A stretch of DNA of 64,000 nucleotides from contig NW_026250403.1 in assembly GCF_024521635.1 (NCBI RefSeq), positions 1,612,001 through 1,676,000 on the forward strand. Direction: 5' to 3'. Position numbers and translations under genes: made by a program. The DNA comes from Tricharina praecox (taxonomy: Eukaryota). Each line of letters starts with the position of its first letter. The first letter of the stretch is position 1. Positions 40,090-49,925 of this stretch are shown piece after piece. The notes under the pieces are model-generated. The model was given only the letters and a program-made list of their open reading frames with translations. It was not told the DNA's origin and made no database searches.

Positions 40090-42027
40090 CTACTCGTATT
40101 TTACCATGACTCCTGCTTGTTCCAACTGACTCTTGCACTGTCGCAAGAGCTCGTTGCCCTCGTACATCTCAATCCCCAGCCCGCCGTATTCCACACGAAG
40201 CCCCTTGATCCCCTGGACTAGGCCTTCGCTGTGCCCATCCCCCACAATCGACCGGAAGGAATACACCGCTGCGTCTTTGTCGAACCAACGGGCGAGCATG
40301 CTCGAGTTGCCCATATCCCACTCCATGAGAAAGATGCACTGAAATACTTCCAGCTCGTCGAGACCGCGAACAATGTCATTGCATGCCCAGATCAGCCAGA
40401 CATGTTTTGGGCATTCTCGGAGCATCTCGCGGCGCTTTTCAACGGGGATGGTTGGGTTGAGGAGCATCATGGCGGTGATGCCCATCTCGTGGAGGAACGA
40501 TTGCAATACTCCGAGTGTTATGGCCGAATGCGAGAGCACGACGACGGCGCGTCCTGAGCCGGCAGCAGCCTCGAGGAGCCCAACCAGCACCTCCATCCGG
40601 GGAGAGGCCTTGAGGGCCCGAATCTCCAAGTCTGTCGCGATGGTTGTCGGCCACGGTTTTAGGGAAGTCGGTCTTGGGCTTCTGGTGGGCTCGGGAGTAG
40701 GTGACTGGGTCCGGCCTTTCTTCAGGCTTGCCAACAGAACAGGGTCTAGGCCTGAGACCTGTTGATCGAAGTTCAAATTGTGCTTGTCCTCGACTTCAGC
40801 ATCCGGAACCGGCACCCACTCATTCGCATGGGCATGTGCATCGTCGAGGTTCTGCCAGTGGTCTCGGGCCTTCCGCGTGGACTTGTCCGCTGCTGCCGTG
40901 ACCACTGGCAATGACACTGGTAGGTTGCTAGTGTAGTGCTTCCCCATTTGACTGGCGAAGGCATATGGGTGGTTCTCAATGATCCGCACCCGCTTCTGAA
41001 CGCTGTCCGTGTCCAGTGACTCGTGTGGGTACCCCAGAAACGTTTCGATCATCCGGGTTTGCAGAACAGAAAGCTGAACACCTAAAACGAGGTTTCGTGA
41101 ACCAGAATTTCCGGACTCAGAATTGCCCACCAGTGCCGATGACAGGGTTGCTTCGGGCCGTGGCAGCTGGTACACAGGCATGCGGCGAATGGTGTCGACA
41201 AGCTTCGAGGAACCGGCAGAGTTCGAGGTACTGACAGCCTTCGAGGTAGCGGCAGCCTTCGAGGTAGCGGCAGACTTCGAGGTAGCGGCAGACTTCGAGG
41301 ACCCGGCAGACTTCGAGGACCCGGCAGACTTCGAGGTACCAGCAGACTTCGAGGCGTCAACAAGCTTTGTGGCACCTACTGCTCGGGACCTCGAAACACT
41401 GGCGGGCTGTGGCGTGTATCGATCTTGTGTTTTGAGACGTTTCACAGCTAGTGGTTCTCCGGATCCGTCGTTAGAGGCCAAGTCCCGGCCCCGCCACCCG
41501 CGTGAGTGACCTTCGTCATGAATTTTGCCTTCTCCTCCTCCATCCCCCTTCGCTCCCCTTATCCATCGCCCGTCCGGTCCTCTTGTGCTCTTTTTCCTCG
41601 CTGAGATACGGCGAGCCGGTGTCTTCTCGTTTACGGCTTTGGACTTCAATCCAACTCTCCCTACCTCCACCACCTCCACCTCTTCCACGTCTTCCATGTC
41701 TTCGACATCTTCCACATCTTCCACATCTTCCACATCTTCCACATCTTCCACATCTTCCACCACCTCCTCATCTTCCACCACCTCATCGTCTCCCATCCCT
41801 TCCCCTCTAGCCGTATCTTCATCCGCCATAGCTTCAATACTATCTGCCAACCCACGCAACCGGGCGCTCAAGGCCGCTCCCAGAAGATTCACCTCTCTCC
41901 AGCACTCCCTCGCAGTCTCTGGACTTGTTGCCTGCTCGTATTCCTGCCATAGCCGCTGACATCCTTGCCACCGCCGAAGGTTTTCGTTCCGTCCGCTGAT
42001 TGACATGCTTTTCGTGTTTCGAGTCAT
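40090..42027 (-). CDS. Intronless 645-aa protein: low-complexity N-half plus degenerate SNF2-type C-terminal helicase lobe
   Basis: Long open frame with in-frame 9-nt and 18-nt repeats. The C-half has SNF2-like blocks VQLSVLQ, RIIENHPYAF, SPRMEVL..LL.....GRAVVVLSHSAITL, RGLD, IFLMEWD, AVYSFR. Recognised by eye only. Confidence 0.55.
   Translation of the reverse strand: MTRNTKSMSISGRNENLRRWQGCQRLWQEYEQATSPETARECWREVNLLGAALSARLRGLADSIEAMADEDTARGEGMGDDEVVEDEEVVEDVEDVEDVEDVEDVEDVEDMEDVEEVEVVEVGRVGLKSKAVNEKTPARRISARKKSTRGPDGRWIRGAKGDGGGEGKIHDEGHSRGWRGRDLASNDGSGEPLAVKRLKTQDRYTPQPASVSRSRAVGATKLVDASKSAGTSKSAGSSKSAGSSKSAATSKSAATSKAAATSKAVSTSNSAGSSKLVDTIRRMPVYQLPRPEATLSSALVGNSESGNSGSRNLVLGVQLSVLQTRMIETFLGYPHESLDTDSVQKRVRIIENHPYAFASQMGKHYTSNLPVSLPVVTAAADKSTRKARDHWQNLDDAHAHANEWVPVPDAEVEDKHNLNFDQQVSGLDPVLLASLKKGRTQSPTPEPTRSPRPTSLKPWPTTIATDLEIRALKASPRMEVLVGLLEAAAGSGRAVVVLSHSAITLGVLQSFLHEMGITAMMLLNPTIPVEKRREMLRECPKHVWLIWACNDIVRGLDELEVFQCIFLMEWDMGNSSMLARWFDKDAAVYSFRSIVGDGHSEGLVQGIKGLRVEYGGLGIEMYEGNELLRQCKSQLEQAGVMVKYE
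41204..41354. repeat. 18-bp coding minisatellite, ~8 units encoding SKSAGS/SKSAAT
   Basis: ttcgagg recurs every 18 nt from 41204 to 41348. Confidence 0.9.
41680..41790. repeat. 9-bp coding repeat encoding an (EDV)n acidic tract
   Basis: tccacatct tandem units. Confidence 0.85.
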
Positions 42028-42807
42028 TGGCGATGAGGGAAAGAAGTTTGCTGTGCTACCGTGTAGAGATTCAAGCTTGCGTGGGGTTGGTTATCGTATG
42101 ACAGCAGCCGCGCGTAGGACGTAGGAAGTTTGTCGCACAACACGCACGGGGGGTCGAATTGCACTTGTGACTGGCAAATGTTCTATGCACCTATGTCCAT
42201 ACTGGTAAACTTCATCACTTGCATCAAACACGTCTTTATATTTTGCTGATTACGTATGTACGTCGTACGTCCTGTAGTTCGACGAGAGAAGACAGGCCGA
42301 GGCAGGCTTTGTTGCCGTTGGGGGCGTTTCCTGCATCACTCTGCATTCGACCGTGGACTGTCGTGGAAAGTTGCATATCTACCTACATACTCTGCTCTCG
42401 AAATCGTCCCCCTCCGGTGCGGTGCGGTGGGGCAACTCCATCCCCCCACACCCTCAATCCGCCTTCGAAATGATAGCAAGGAAAAAATGGATGCGGGTTA
42501 CACTCTGGGCATCCTCGATCATCCACTCCCGACAATTCGCTCTTCTTTTCTCAACGATTTTCGTCCTGCTACCTTCCATGGGTGCTGGTGGATGGGTGGG
42601 TCCAACACATTCAAGGTGGATTGGGTTTGATCAGTATTGGATTCGACCGGCGGAGTGAATCCTGTGAGCAAACTTTTGAGGGACTCCAGTGCTCGATGCT
42701 CGGAAGAGTGAGTTTTGATGAAGCGGATTAATGAACCGGGCTCGCCACTCTCATCGGCGCCACTTCCGGGGGACACCATCCCCCATCCCAGTAAACCGCC
42801 CACCGCT

Positions 42808-43127
42808 GCGCAGGCAGTACCCATCAGTACCGCGCCCGGCGATGTGGCAACAGCGGTACTGCTCTGTACCGAGCAGTACTGACGGTTCCAGAGCTGTACC
42901 GCCCAAGGGATCTTCTCCGCAACCGTCAGTACCGGGCTCGATGATGCGGCGATAGCAGTACCGCTCTGTACCGAGTAGTACAGACGATTTGTGAGCTGTA
43001 CTTCCCAATATATCCTGCCCGTTGTAGCGCAGGCAATACCCTTTAGTGCTCCGCCTGCCGATGCGGCAATAGCAGTACCGCTCTGCACCGTGCGGTACTG
43101 ATCTTTACTCTGCTGTTCTGCCAATAT
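42808..43127. repeat. Three degenerate GTAC-rich tandem units (periods 102 and 117 bp)
   Basis: Core ctctg(t/c)accg at 42862, 42964 and 43081, with shared flanking gatg.ggc.a.agc.gtac. Confidence 0.75.
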
Positions 43128-43750
43128 TTGTGATCGTAATCGCGGCGGCAGCTAATGTGCGGCCATAGTATGCTACTGGGTGTGCGGTACCAAACAGTAC
43201 GGTTGTCCAGCAGGAAAAGGCCTGCAGTACCGGTCGGTACTCTGCATTACTGATCAGTACAGCACTGAGCGGGATGCGCCCTCGCTGATTACGACCCGAT
43301 CACATAGATTGTCAAAAAGATTTCAGCGCAACGGGAAGCGAGTGGGGGGACACAGGGGGTGTCCGAATTTGGTTACTAGCAAGTAACCGCCCATCAGCCG
43401 GCGGAAGAAGGCTGGCTTGTGGTGCGGGCATAGGTGGTGCGGCGGCGGCGAGGAATCTGTTAATCGGCTGCACAGTCACCTCACCGTACCACTTGACATG
43501 AGCCCGACATCATAGCCTACACACTAGTTGCCTCCACCCACCTGTCTCTCCACCTCCCGTGCCGTAGCTCGAGTCACTGCAAACAATCAAAGGGATAAGG
43601 TCCAGGGTGCGTGTCCGCGTCCTACACCTAACTGGGCCCTCAATACGCCCGCCATAGTTGGTCTGAGGGGTACTTTTTCTTCTACACTCCCAGCATCAAC
43701 TTTTGCAGCATTTCTGTGAGGCTATCTCCACTCAAGGTTCCAACGAGGCT

Positions 43751-43862
43751 TGTCACGGTGCATAAATCCTTGTCTTAAGTAGCTACTGGTATGATGGCCT
43801 TCAGCCATCAAAATACGTTTTGGCCAAGTGGTGTAGTACTTTCCCAGTGTACTTTATTACAA
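43751..43862 (-). mobile_element. Old LTR remnant, family D (left copy)
   Basis: Begins TGTCAC. About 13 mismatches in 112 bp versus 56272-56383. AATAAA on the minus strand. Confidence 0.65.
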
Positions 43863-43901
43863 GGCTCTTATCACTAGCCCTACATGTAACCACACGGTGG
43901 G

Positions 43902-44010
43902 TGTGAGACTGAAGCGGTTTCAGGAGGTCGGAGTCTGCATAGATATTGAGTGTAGAATATAAGTCAGCGATTTCGATAATTCACAGCAGAATAATCTTAA
44001 GGGGTACCGT
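43902..44010 (-). mobile_element. Diverged LTR terminus related to family C
   Basis: TGTGAGACTG...gatttcgataattcac...aataatcttaaggg aligns with 44206-44306. Confidence 0.7.
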
Positions 44011-44096
44011 CAATAGTTTTCAGTGTTCCGGTTGTACTGGTGTTAGGATTTCTGAGACGATGGTTGAGTGACTGTATAGCCTACCCATACACCAAG

Positions 44097-44205
44097 TGTA
44101 ACGGCACGGTCGGGCAATGCTCCAGGTAGCGAAGTCAGGCTGGGGATTGGGCTCGGGGTTCGGTAGAGGCAAGACGGGTTCAGGGGACAAGGTGAGGCAG
44201 GGCTC
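44097..44205 (-). mobile_element. Family A LTR U5 fragment, interrupted by a family C LTR
   Basis: TGTAACGGCACGGTCGGGCAA... matches the LTRs at 45515 and 51149 for 109 bp, then breaks exactly at the TG of the next LTR. Confidence 0.85.
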
Positions 44206-45514
44206 TGTGAGACTGGAACGAGTTTGTGTCGTCGGAGTCTATGGTGATATTGAGTATAGAATAAAAGTCAGGGATTTCGATAATTCACAACGGAATAATC
44301 TTAAGGGTGTTTCTTCGATGGTTTGTTTGGTGCGATGATTGTAGTTTGGTTCGGTTGCCCGCTCGGTTCAACTTATAGCCGTTCCGATCCTCAGCACGTG
44401 ATTCCTCTAGAGTGCGGCCTAACGTAGCTCCGTTGCTTCCTTTGCATCGGAGTTCCGCGGCCTAGCCTTGAGTCGTCGTCAGCTCTCTTCGGATAGTCTT
44501 CTCGACTAGGCAGGTGGTAAACACCACGCGCCCAAGATAGATCGGAGTTTCCGAGCAATTATCTCCCTCATGCGCCGGCAGAGTTCTTCGCTCGAAGTTG
44601 TCTGCCCCCATCGGTCGATGTTCGATTCTCTCGTCATAACAGTTTTTCCCTGGATCGGAGTTCCTACTGCGGGGCCCTATGAACGGAGATCTCAAAGTCC
44701 TCTGGACTGTTATCCCGATCTCCCGCATCTCCGATCACTGTCTAGACTCTGGAATCCGTTTGCTCCCTCCTTCCTATCTTGTCCTTGATCGCTTCTAACT
44801 ATCCTTTCGGCTCGCAACTCTATTCTAATTACCCGAACTATCTAATCACATCTCTTGCGACCGTCGTGACCTCCGATACCTATCGGGGTGTCACACCATC
44901 TCCCCTCCCACGAGGCTTCGGCCCGAAGCACCCAAGTCCTCGCCTTTATCCTAACTTGATAACTGTGGATGAAGTCCTCCAACCCCTTCATCCTACTACC
45001 TGCCCGAGTTCGAGAAAAACCACATGGGAAAAAACTCTTACTCATCTGTGAGCCGGTAGTCCCTCGGCGCATCGGGATTTTTGCGATGAAACTCGCGTAG
45101 CTTTTCCCGACCGCCTACTGAGAAGTTGTCGAATGGCTCGTTCGTCCAGTCCCGTCGTTCGGGGTAGTTGAGCCATTTGACGAGGTAGAGCACTCGTCGA
45201 CCTTTCTTCGAGCTGCCCATAACCTCATCGACGTCGTATTCTTCGTTGCCTTCCACATCATCGGCCTCTCGTAAGATTTGAGAGGGATCCGGTGGTGCTC
45301 GGGTGCCGGCTCGGAACGGTTCAACGAGCGAGACGTGAAAGACATTATGAATCTTCCACTTCCTTGGCAGAGTGAGCTTGACAGCGAGCGGCGATATGAT
45401 CTTCTCGATTTGGAAGGGACCATGGTTCTTGTGGTCCAACTTCCGCGAGGGTCGGCGGGTTTGAATGTTCCGCCCATTGAGCATTACCAAGTCTCCTACT
45501 TGATAAGCCGGTGC
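44206..45514 (-). mobile_element. Family C chromovirus 3' remnant: integrase C-terminus/chromodomain, PPT and complete 690-bp 3' LTR (44206-44895)
   Basis: ORF 45038-45514 YQVGDLVML...SRKLDHKNHGPF...IHNVFHVSLVEP...YDVDEV...YLVKWLNY. PPT TGGGAGGGGAGATGG abuts the TG...CA LTR. Confidence 0.9.
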
Positions 45515-46073
45515 TGTAACGGCACGGTCGGGCAAGGCTCCAGGTAGCGAAGTCGGGCTCGGAATCGGGTTCTAGGTTCGGCAGAGACAAGACAGGTTCA
45601 GAGGACAAGGTGAGGCAGGGCTCAGTGCGGACGGCAACTGAGAACAGAGGCAGGGACAAGGACTACGGCGCAGACGGCAGCCGAGGCAAGGACAGAGGTA
45701 ACAGTGATTGAATTAACAAGTTGTTGCGTGAAGAACTAAATACAGAGGGGCAACGGCCCGTTTATATAGAAAATCCTCCACTTCTTCCCGCAACCTGACA
45801 ATGACCGTGGGCGTGTGCCAGACCCTGAGAAATCCACCTTGCCAGTACCCCACTTCCGTGACTCATACCCTGCGCAGCCGCACTACCCCTGTTTCCTGCA
45901 CACAGCCCCAATCTCCTGCGACTCATTGCTGCGCTATCCCTGCTCCCTGCACACAGCCCCAAATCCTCTGCGACTCATCCTTGCACTGCCGGTGCACTGC
46001 CTCTGCACTGCCCCCCAACTCTCCCGGTCCTTGTGCCGACCCTCCCTTCGTCATTCCATCGCGAGCCGTGACA
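45515..46073 (-). repeat. A1 3' LTR (559 bp, apparently hybrid)
   Basis: Direct repeat of 51149-51707, about 12 mismatches by eye. Confidence 0.95.
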
Positions 46074-49000
46074 GTAGTCCCTCCTAAGGCTCGAGTTCCC
46101 ACGAGAGCAAGTTCGACTGGTCCAGGCTGCATGGGGTATCGTCGATGGAAGTCGTCCACAGCTTGTACCTCGGTAAGGTTCTCCTCTGGTTCCCATGTTG
46201 GTGCCGCGTAGCCTCTCCATTTCACCAGGTACTGGAGTTTGCCCCTGAGGTTCCGGCTGTCGAGGACCTCTTCAACCTCCCATTCTTCTTGGTCGTCCAC
46301 GATTACCGGAAGTGGTGGCGGTGGAATTTGTCCAGGGAAGGGATCGTCAGCGGAGGCATGAAGGAGGGATACAGGAAATGTTCGGTGCTTCTGAACGGTG
46401 TCCGGGATGTCCAATTCGTAGGCGTGGGTTCCGATTGTCCGAATCACACGGTAGGGACCATGGTGTTTGTTTTCCAGCTTGCGACTGGGTCTCTCGGTGC
46501 GCCAGTTCCGACCATCCACCCATACCATGTCGCCTGGTTGGAAGGCTGGCGCAGGGGTTCGGTGTCGGTCGGAGTCGTCCTGTTGCCGTGCCTGGGCATA
46601 CCGCATTTGGCTGCGGGCGACGTCGTGGATTTGATGCAACCGTTCCGCTGCACTCTGAGCTTGATGTTCCTCCTTGGTGTCGACACGGATATCCAGCTCA
46701 AAGTCACACCGTGGGTGGTATCCTAGGTTAGCGAAGAATGGGGACAGGGTAGTCGTGTCGGAGACCTGGTTGTTGCCGGCGAATTCGGCCAAGAAGAGGT
46801 AGTCGACCCAGTCATCCTGGAGGTAGCTGACGTACGCACGGAGGTGCTGTTCCATGACGGCGTTCATCCGTTCGGTTTGGCCGTCGGTCTGGGGGTGGAA
46901 GGCAGTTGACAGGCGTGGCTCGATCTTGAGGCATGAGCATAGGTGTTTCCAGAATCTCGAGGCAAACTGGGGACCCCTATCCGAGACGATGGTTTCTGGC
47001 AACCCGTGGTACCTGAAGATCCGGTCGCAGAACAGCTCGGCCAGTCCTTCCGAGGTGATGGTCGTGGTACATGGTAGGAGATGGCGTTGCTTGGTCAGTC
47101 GGTCAACAAAAACACAGATGGCGTCAAACCCCTTTGAGGCCGGTAAGCCAGTGACAAAGTCGACTGAGATGTGTTGCCATGGCTTCTCGGGTACTGGGAG
47201 GGGGCGCAGGACACCATAGGGTGCGTGCCGGGTGGCCTTGGTTCGTCGGCAGGTGTGGCAGTTTCGGACAAACTGGTCAACGTCCTTTCGCATCTGTGGC
47301 CAGTAGTACCTTCGAGCAAGTAGTTCCAGGGTTTTTGCGCGCCCTGGGTGCCCCATGGTTGGTGGGTCGTGGTGGTCCTGGATCAGTCGTAGTCGGAGTC
47401 GGTCGTACTCTGGAACATAGAGGCAGTCTCGGTAGATCAGTCGCCCGTTGACTTCACGGCATTCGGCCAAGGAGATCTCCTTCGAGTGGCGTGTACCATT
47501 TCGGAGTAGCTCGAGGATTCGATTTGGGACGGGGTCTATGTCGTAGCCTTCTGTTATCAGTGACGTGAGGAGGGGACGGTCTTGTTCGGGTGTGTTGGTT
47601 GCTGCCAACCGGAGCTCTTCCGGTAGGTTATCCGGTTTCAGGACTGCCTGCTGGTTGGCAAGCAGTCTTTCATCCCCTTCTTTAGGGAGGTCTCCTGACC
47701 TCCTGGTCAGTGCATCCGGTTTTCCTCCCGCTTTGCCTGGTCGGTAGACAATCTTGAAATGGAAACGGGAAAGGAACTCTGACCATCGCGCTTGTCGTCG
47801 GTTGAGTAGTTTCGTTGTCATGAAATACTCCAGATTCTTGTGGTCGCTTAGGACTTGGATGGGGTGAGGAGCGCCCTCCAGGTGTGGTCTCCACTCCTCA
47901 AAGGCGCGGATGATTGCAAGGAGTTCTTTGTCATAGATCTCGTAGTTGCATTCTGCCGGGGAGTGTTTCTTGGAATAGAATGCCACTGGGTGCAGGATTC
48001 CCTCGTCGTCGTACTGAGATAGGACTCCGGCAGAGACGTAGTCGGAGGCGTCAGTTTCCACTACTATCTCCCGATCGTAGTCGAAGTGCCGGAGGATCGG
48101 GGCCGAGGTGAATGCTGTTTTTAGTTCGTCGAATGCTTTCTGCTGTTCCGGTCCCCACACGAAGGGAACATACTTTCCATCCTCCTTCTTGGTCAATGCT
48201 GTCAATGGGGATACCACCTTGGAATAGTCTTGGATGAATCGCCGGTAGAAGTTCGCAAATCCCAGAAAGCATTGCACATCGGTGACGGTACTCGGCTCCT
48301 CCCATTCCAGTATGCAGGAGACTTTCGATGGGTCCATCTTGATCCCGTTTGTTGTAATGATCAGTCCCAAATACTTGACTTCGGTCTGGTGGAAATGACA
48401 TTTTTCGGGTTTGAGATGCAGACCGGCTGCTGATAAGGCCTGAAGTACTTTCCTGACATGTTTCCGGTGTTCATCTAAGGATCCGCTGTAAATGAAGACG
48501 TCGTCGATGAATGCGGTACAGAAGTCGTCGAGGAACGGGCGTAGCACATCATTGATCAGAGCTTGGAAGTCGGCAGGGGCGTTGGTGAGGCCGAAGGGCA
48601 TGACGAGGGATTCGAAGAGCCCATAGCGTGTCCGGAAGGCAGTTTTCCACTCTTCTCCTTCCGCCATCCGCACAAGGTTGTAGGCACCACGGATATCCAG
48701 GGTAGTGAAGTATTTTGCCCCGGATAGCCGCATCAGAGTTTCTTGGAGGAGTGGGAGTGGGTACCTGTTCTTGATTGTTCCTTCGTTCAGGCCCCTGTAA
48801 TCCACACACAGGCGTAGGGAGCCGTCCGATTTCTTGACAAACAGGATTGGCGATGCTGCTGGAGAGGAAGAGGCACGGATGAAACCTTTGCGGAGGTTGT
48901 CGTCAAGCCATTCCTTCAGTGCGACAAGCTCCGTTTTCGAAAGTGAGTACAGGGGTCCGTATGGGGGCGTAAATCCCTCCTTGAGTGGAATCTTATGGTC

Positions 49001-49925
49001 GTAGTGTCGGTGCGGGGGCAGGTTCTGGGCAAGGGCTTCAGAGAATAGCGGTAGGAACTCGTGGTATTCGTGAGGGATATGTGCCGTGGGGTCCTTGTTT
49101 CCTTCCAGTGCGCCGTTGACCTCGGCAAGCGTGGTGTTGAAAATCGTGAGGCTTTCCTTGTTGACCAGTTCTTGGAATGACTCCATCTGTAAGGCTGAGA
49201 TTCTGACTGTGCTTTCCCTTGAAAGGTTAGTGCATTCTTGGTGATTCTTCCTTGGGGGAGACGTAATGTAGCGGGCCACGATGTCGCCGGCCCCCGCGCT
49301 TACCGCTGGCTCTTGCTGAGCTGCTTTTGACGCGAGAGCATAGGTGGATACGTCAGGTGGGTCGGTGGTGATTCCATGTGCAACTGTGGGCACCGCATTG
49401 CAGTTGGCTGTGCAGTATTGGGAGCCAAAGGTGAGGGTTCGGGAGCTGAACCGGATGGCCACATCGTGGAGGTCCATCCAGGGGATTCCGAGTACAACGG
49501 GGGTAGTGGCCTAGTTTGGTGACAAACATAGGGATTTCCTCGTGGTGTTCCTGTATGGACAGGGTGGTGGTGGCAACATGTGTGATGTCGCCTGACTCGA
49601 TGGGACGGCCATCGATGACTTCGAGACTTCGCGGGGATTTCAGGGGTACGAGGGGTAGGTGGTGATGGCGGGCGAAGTCTTTGTCTACAAATGCAATTCC
49701 GGTTGCCCCACAGTCGATCAGCGCATGCGTGGCAATAGTTTTGTCACCAAACGAAAGGTTACACAATACAACAAGATGTTTTCCTTCCATTGATGATTCT
49801 TCCACAACCATTCCTGACACTGAAAGACTAGACAAACGAAAAATAGGGGACATAGGAGACAAAGACTTATCCTGGGTACGACCAACAACAGTGCCATCAA
49901 GCGGTTGTTGGTCTAGGCTTTTCCC
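45923..49925 (-). CDS. pol: Pol polyprotein (protease, RT, RNase H, integrase, chromodomain) with one +1 lesion at the G5 run 49499-49503
   Basis: [50 protein letters not shown]...C..C; ISVDFV, VSDRGPQF, TDGQTER; WEVEEVLDSR...YLVKWRGY...WEPEENL. Confidence 0.93.

Noticed and set aside
43353..43388. hAT-like TIR or Helitron end
   Set aside because: No partner inverted repeat, transposase or correctly placed CTRR end found in the window.
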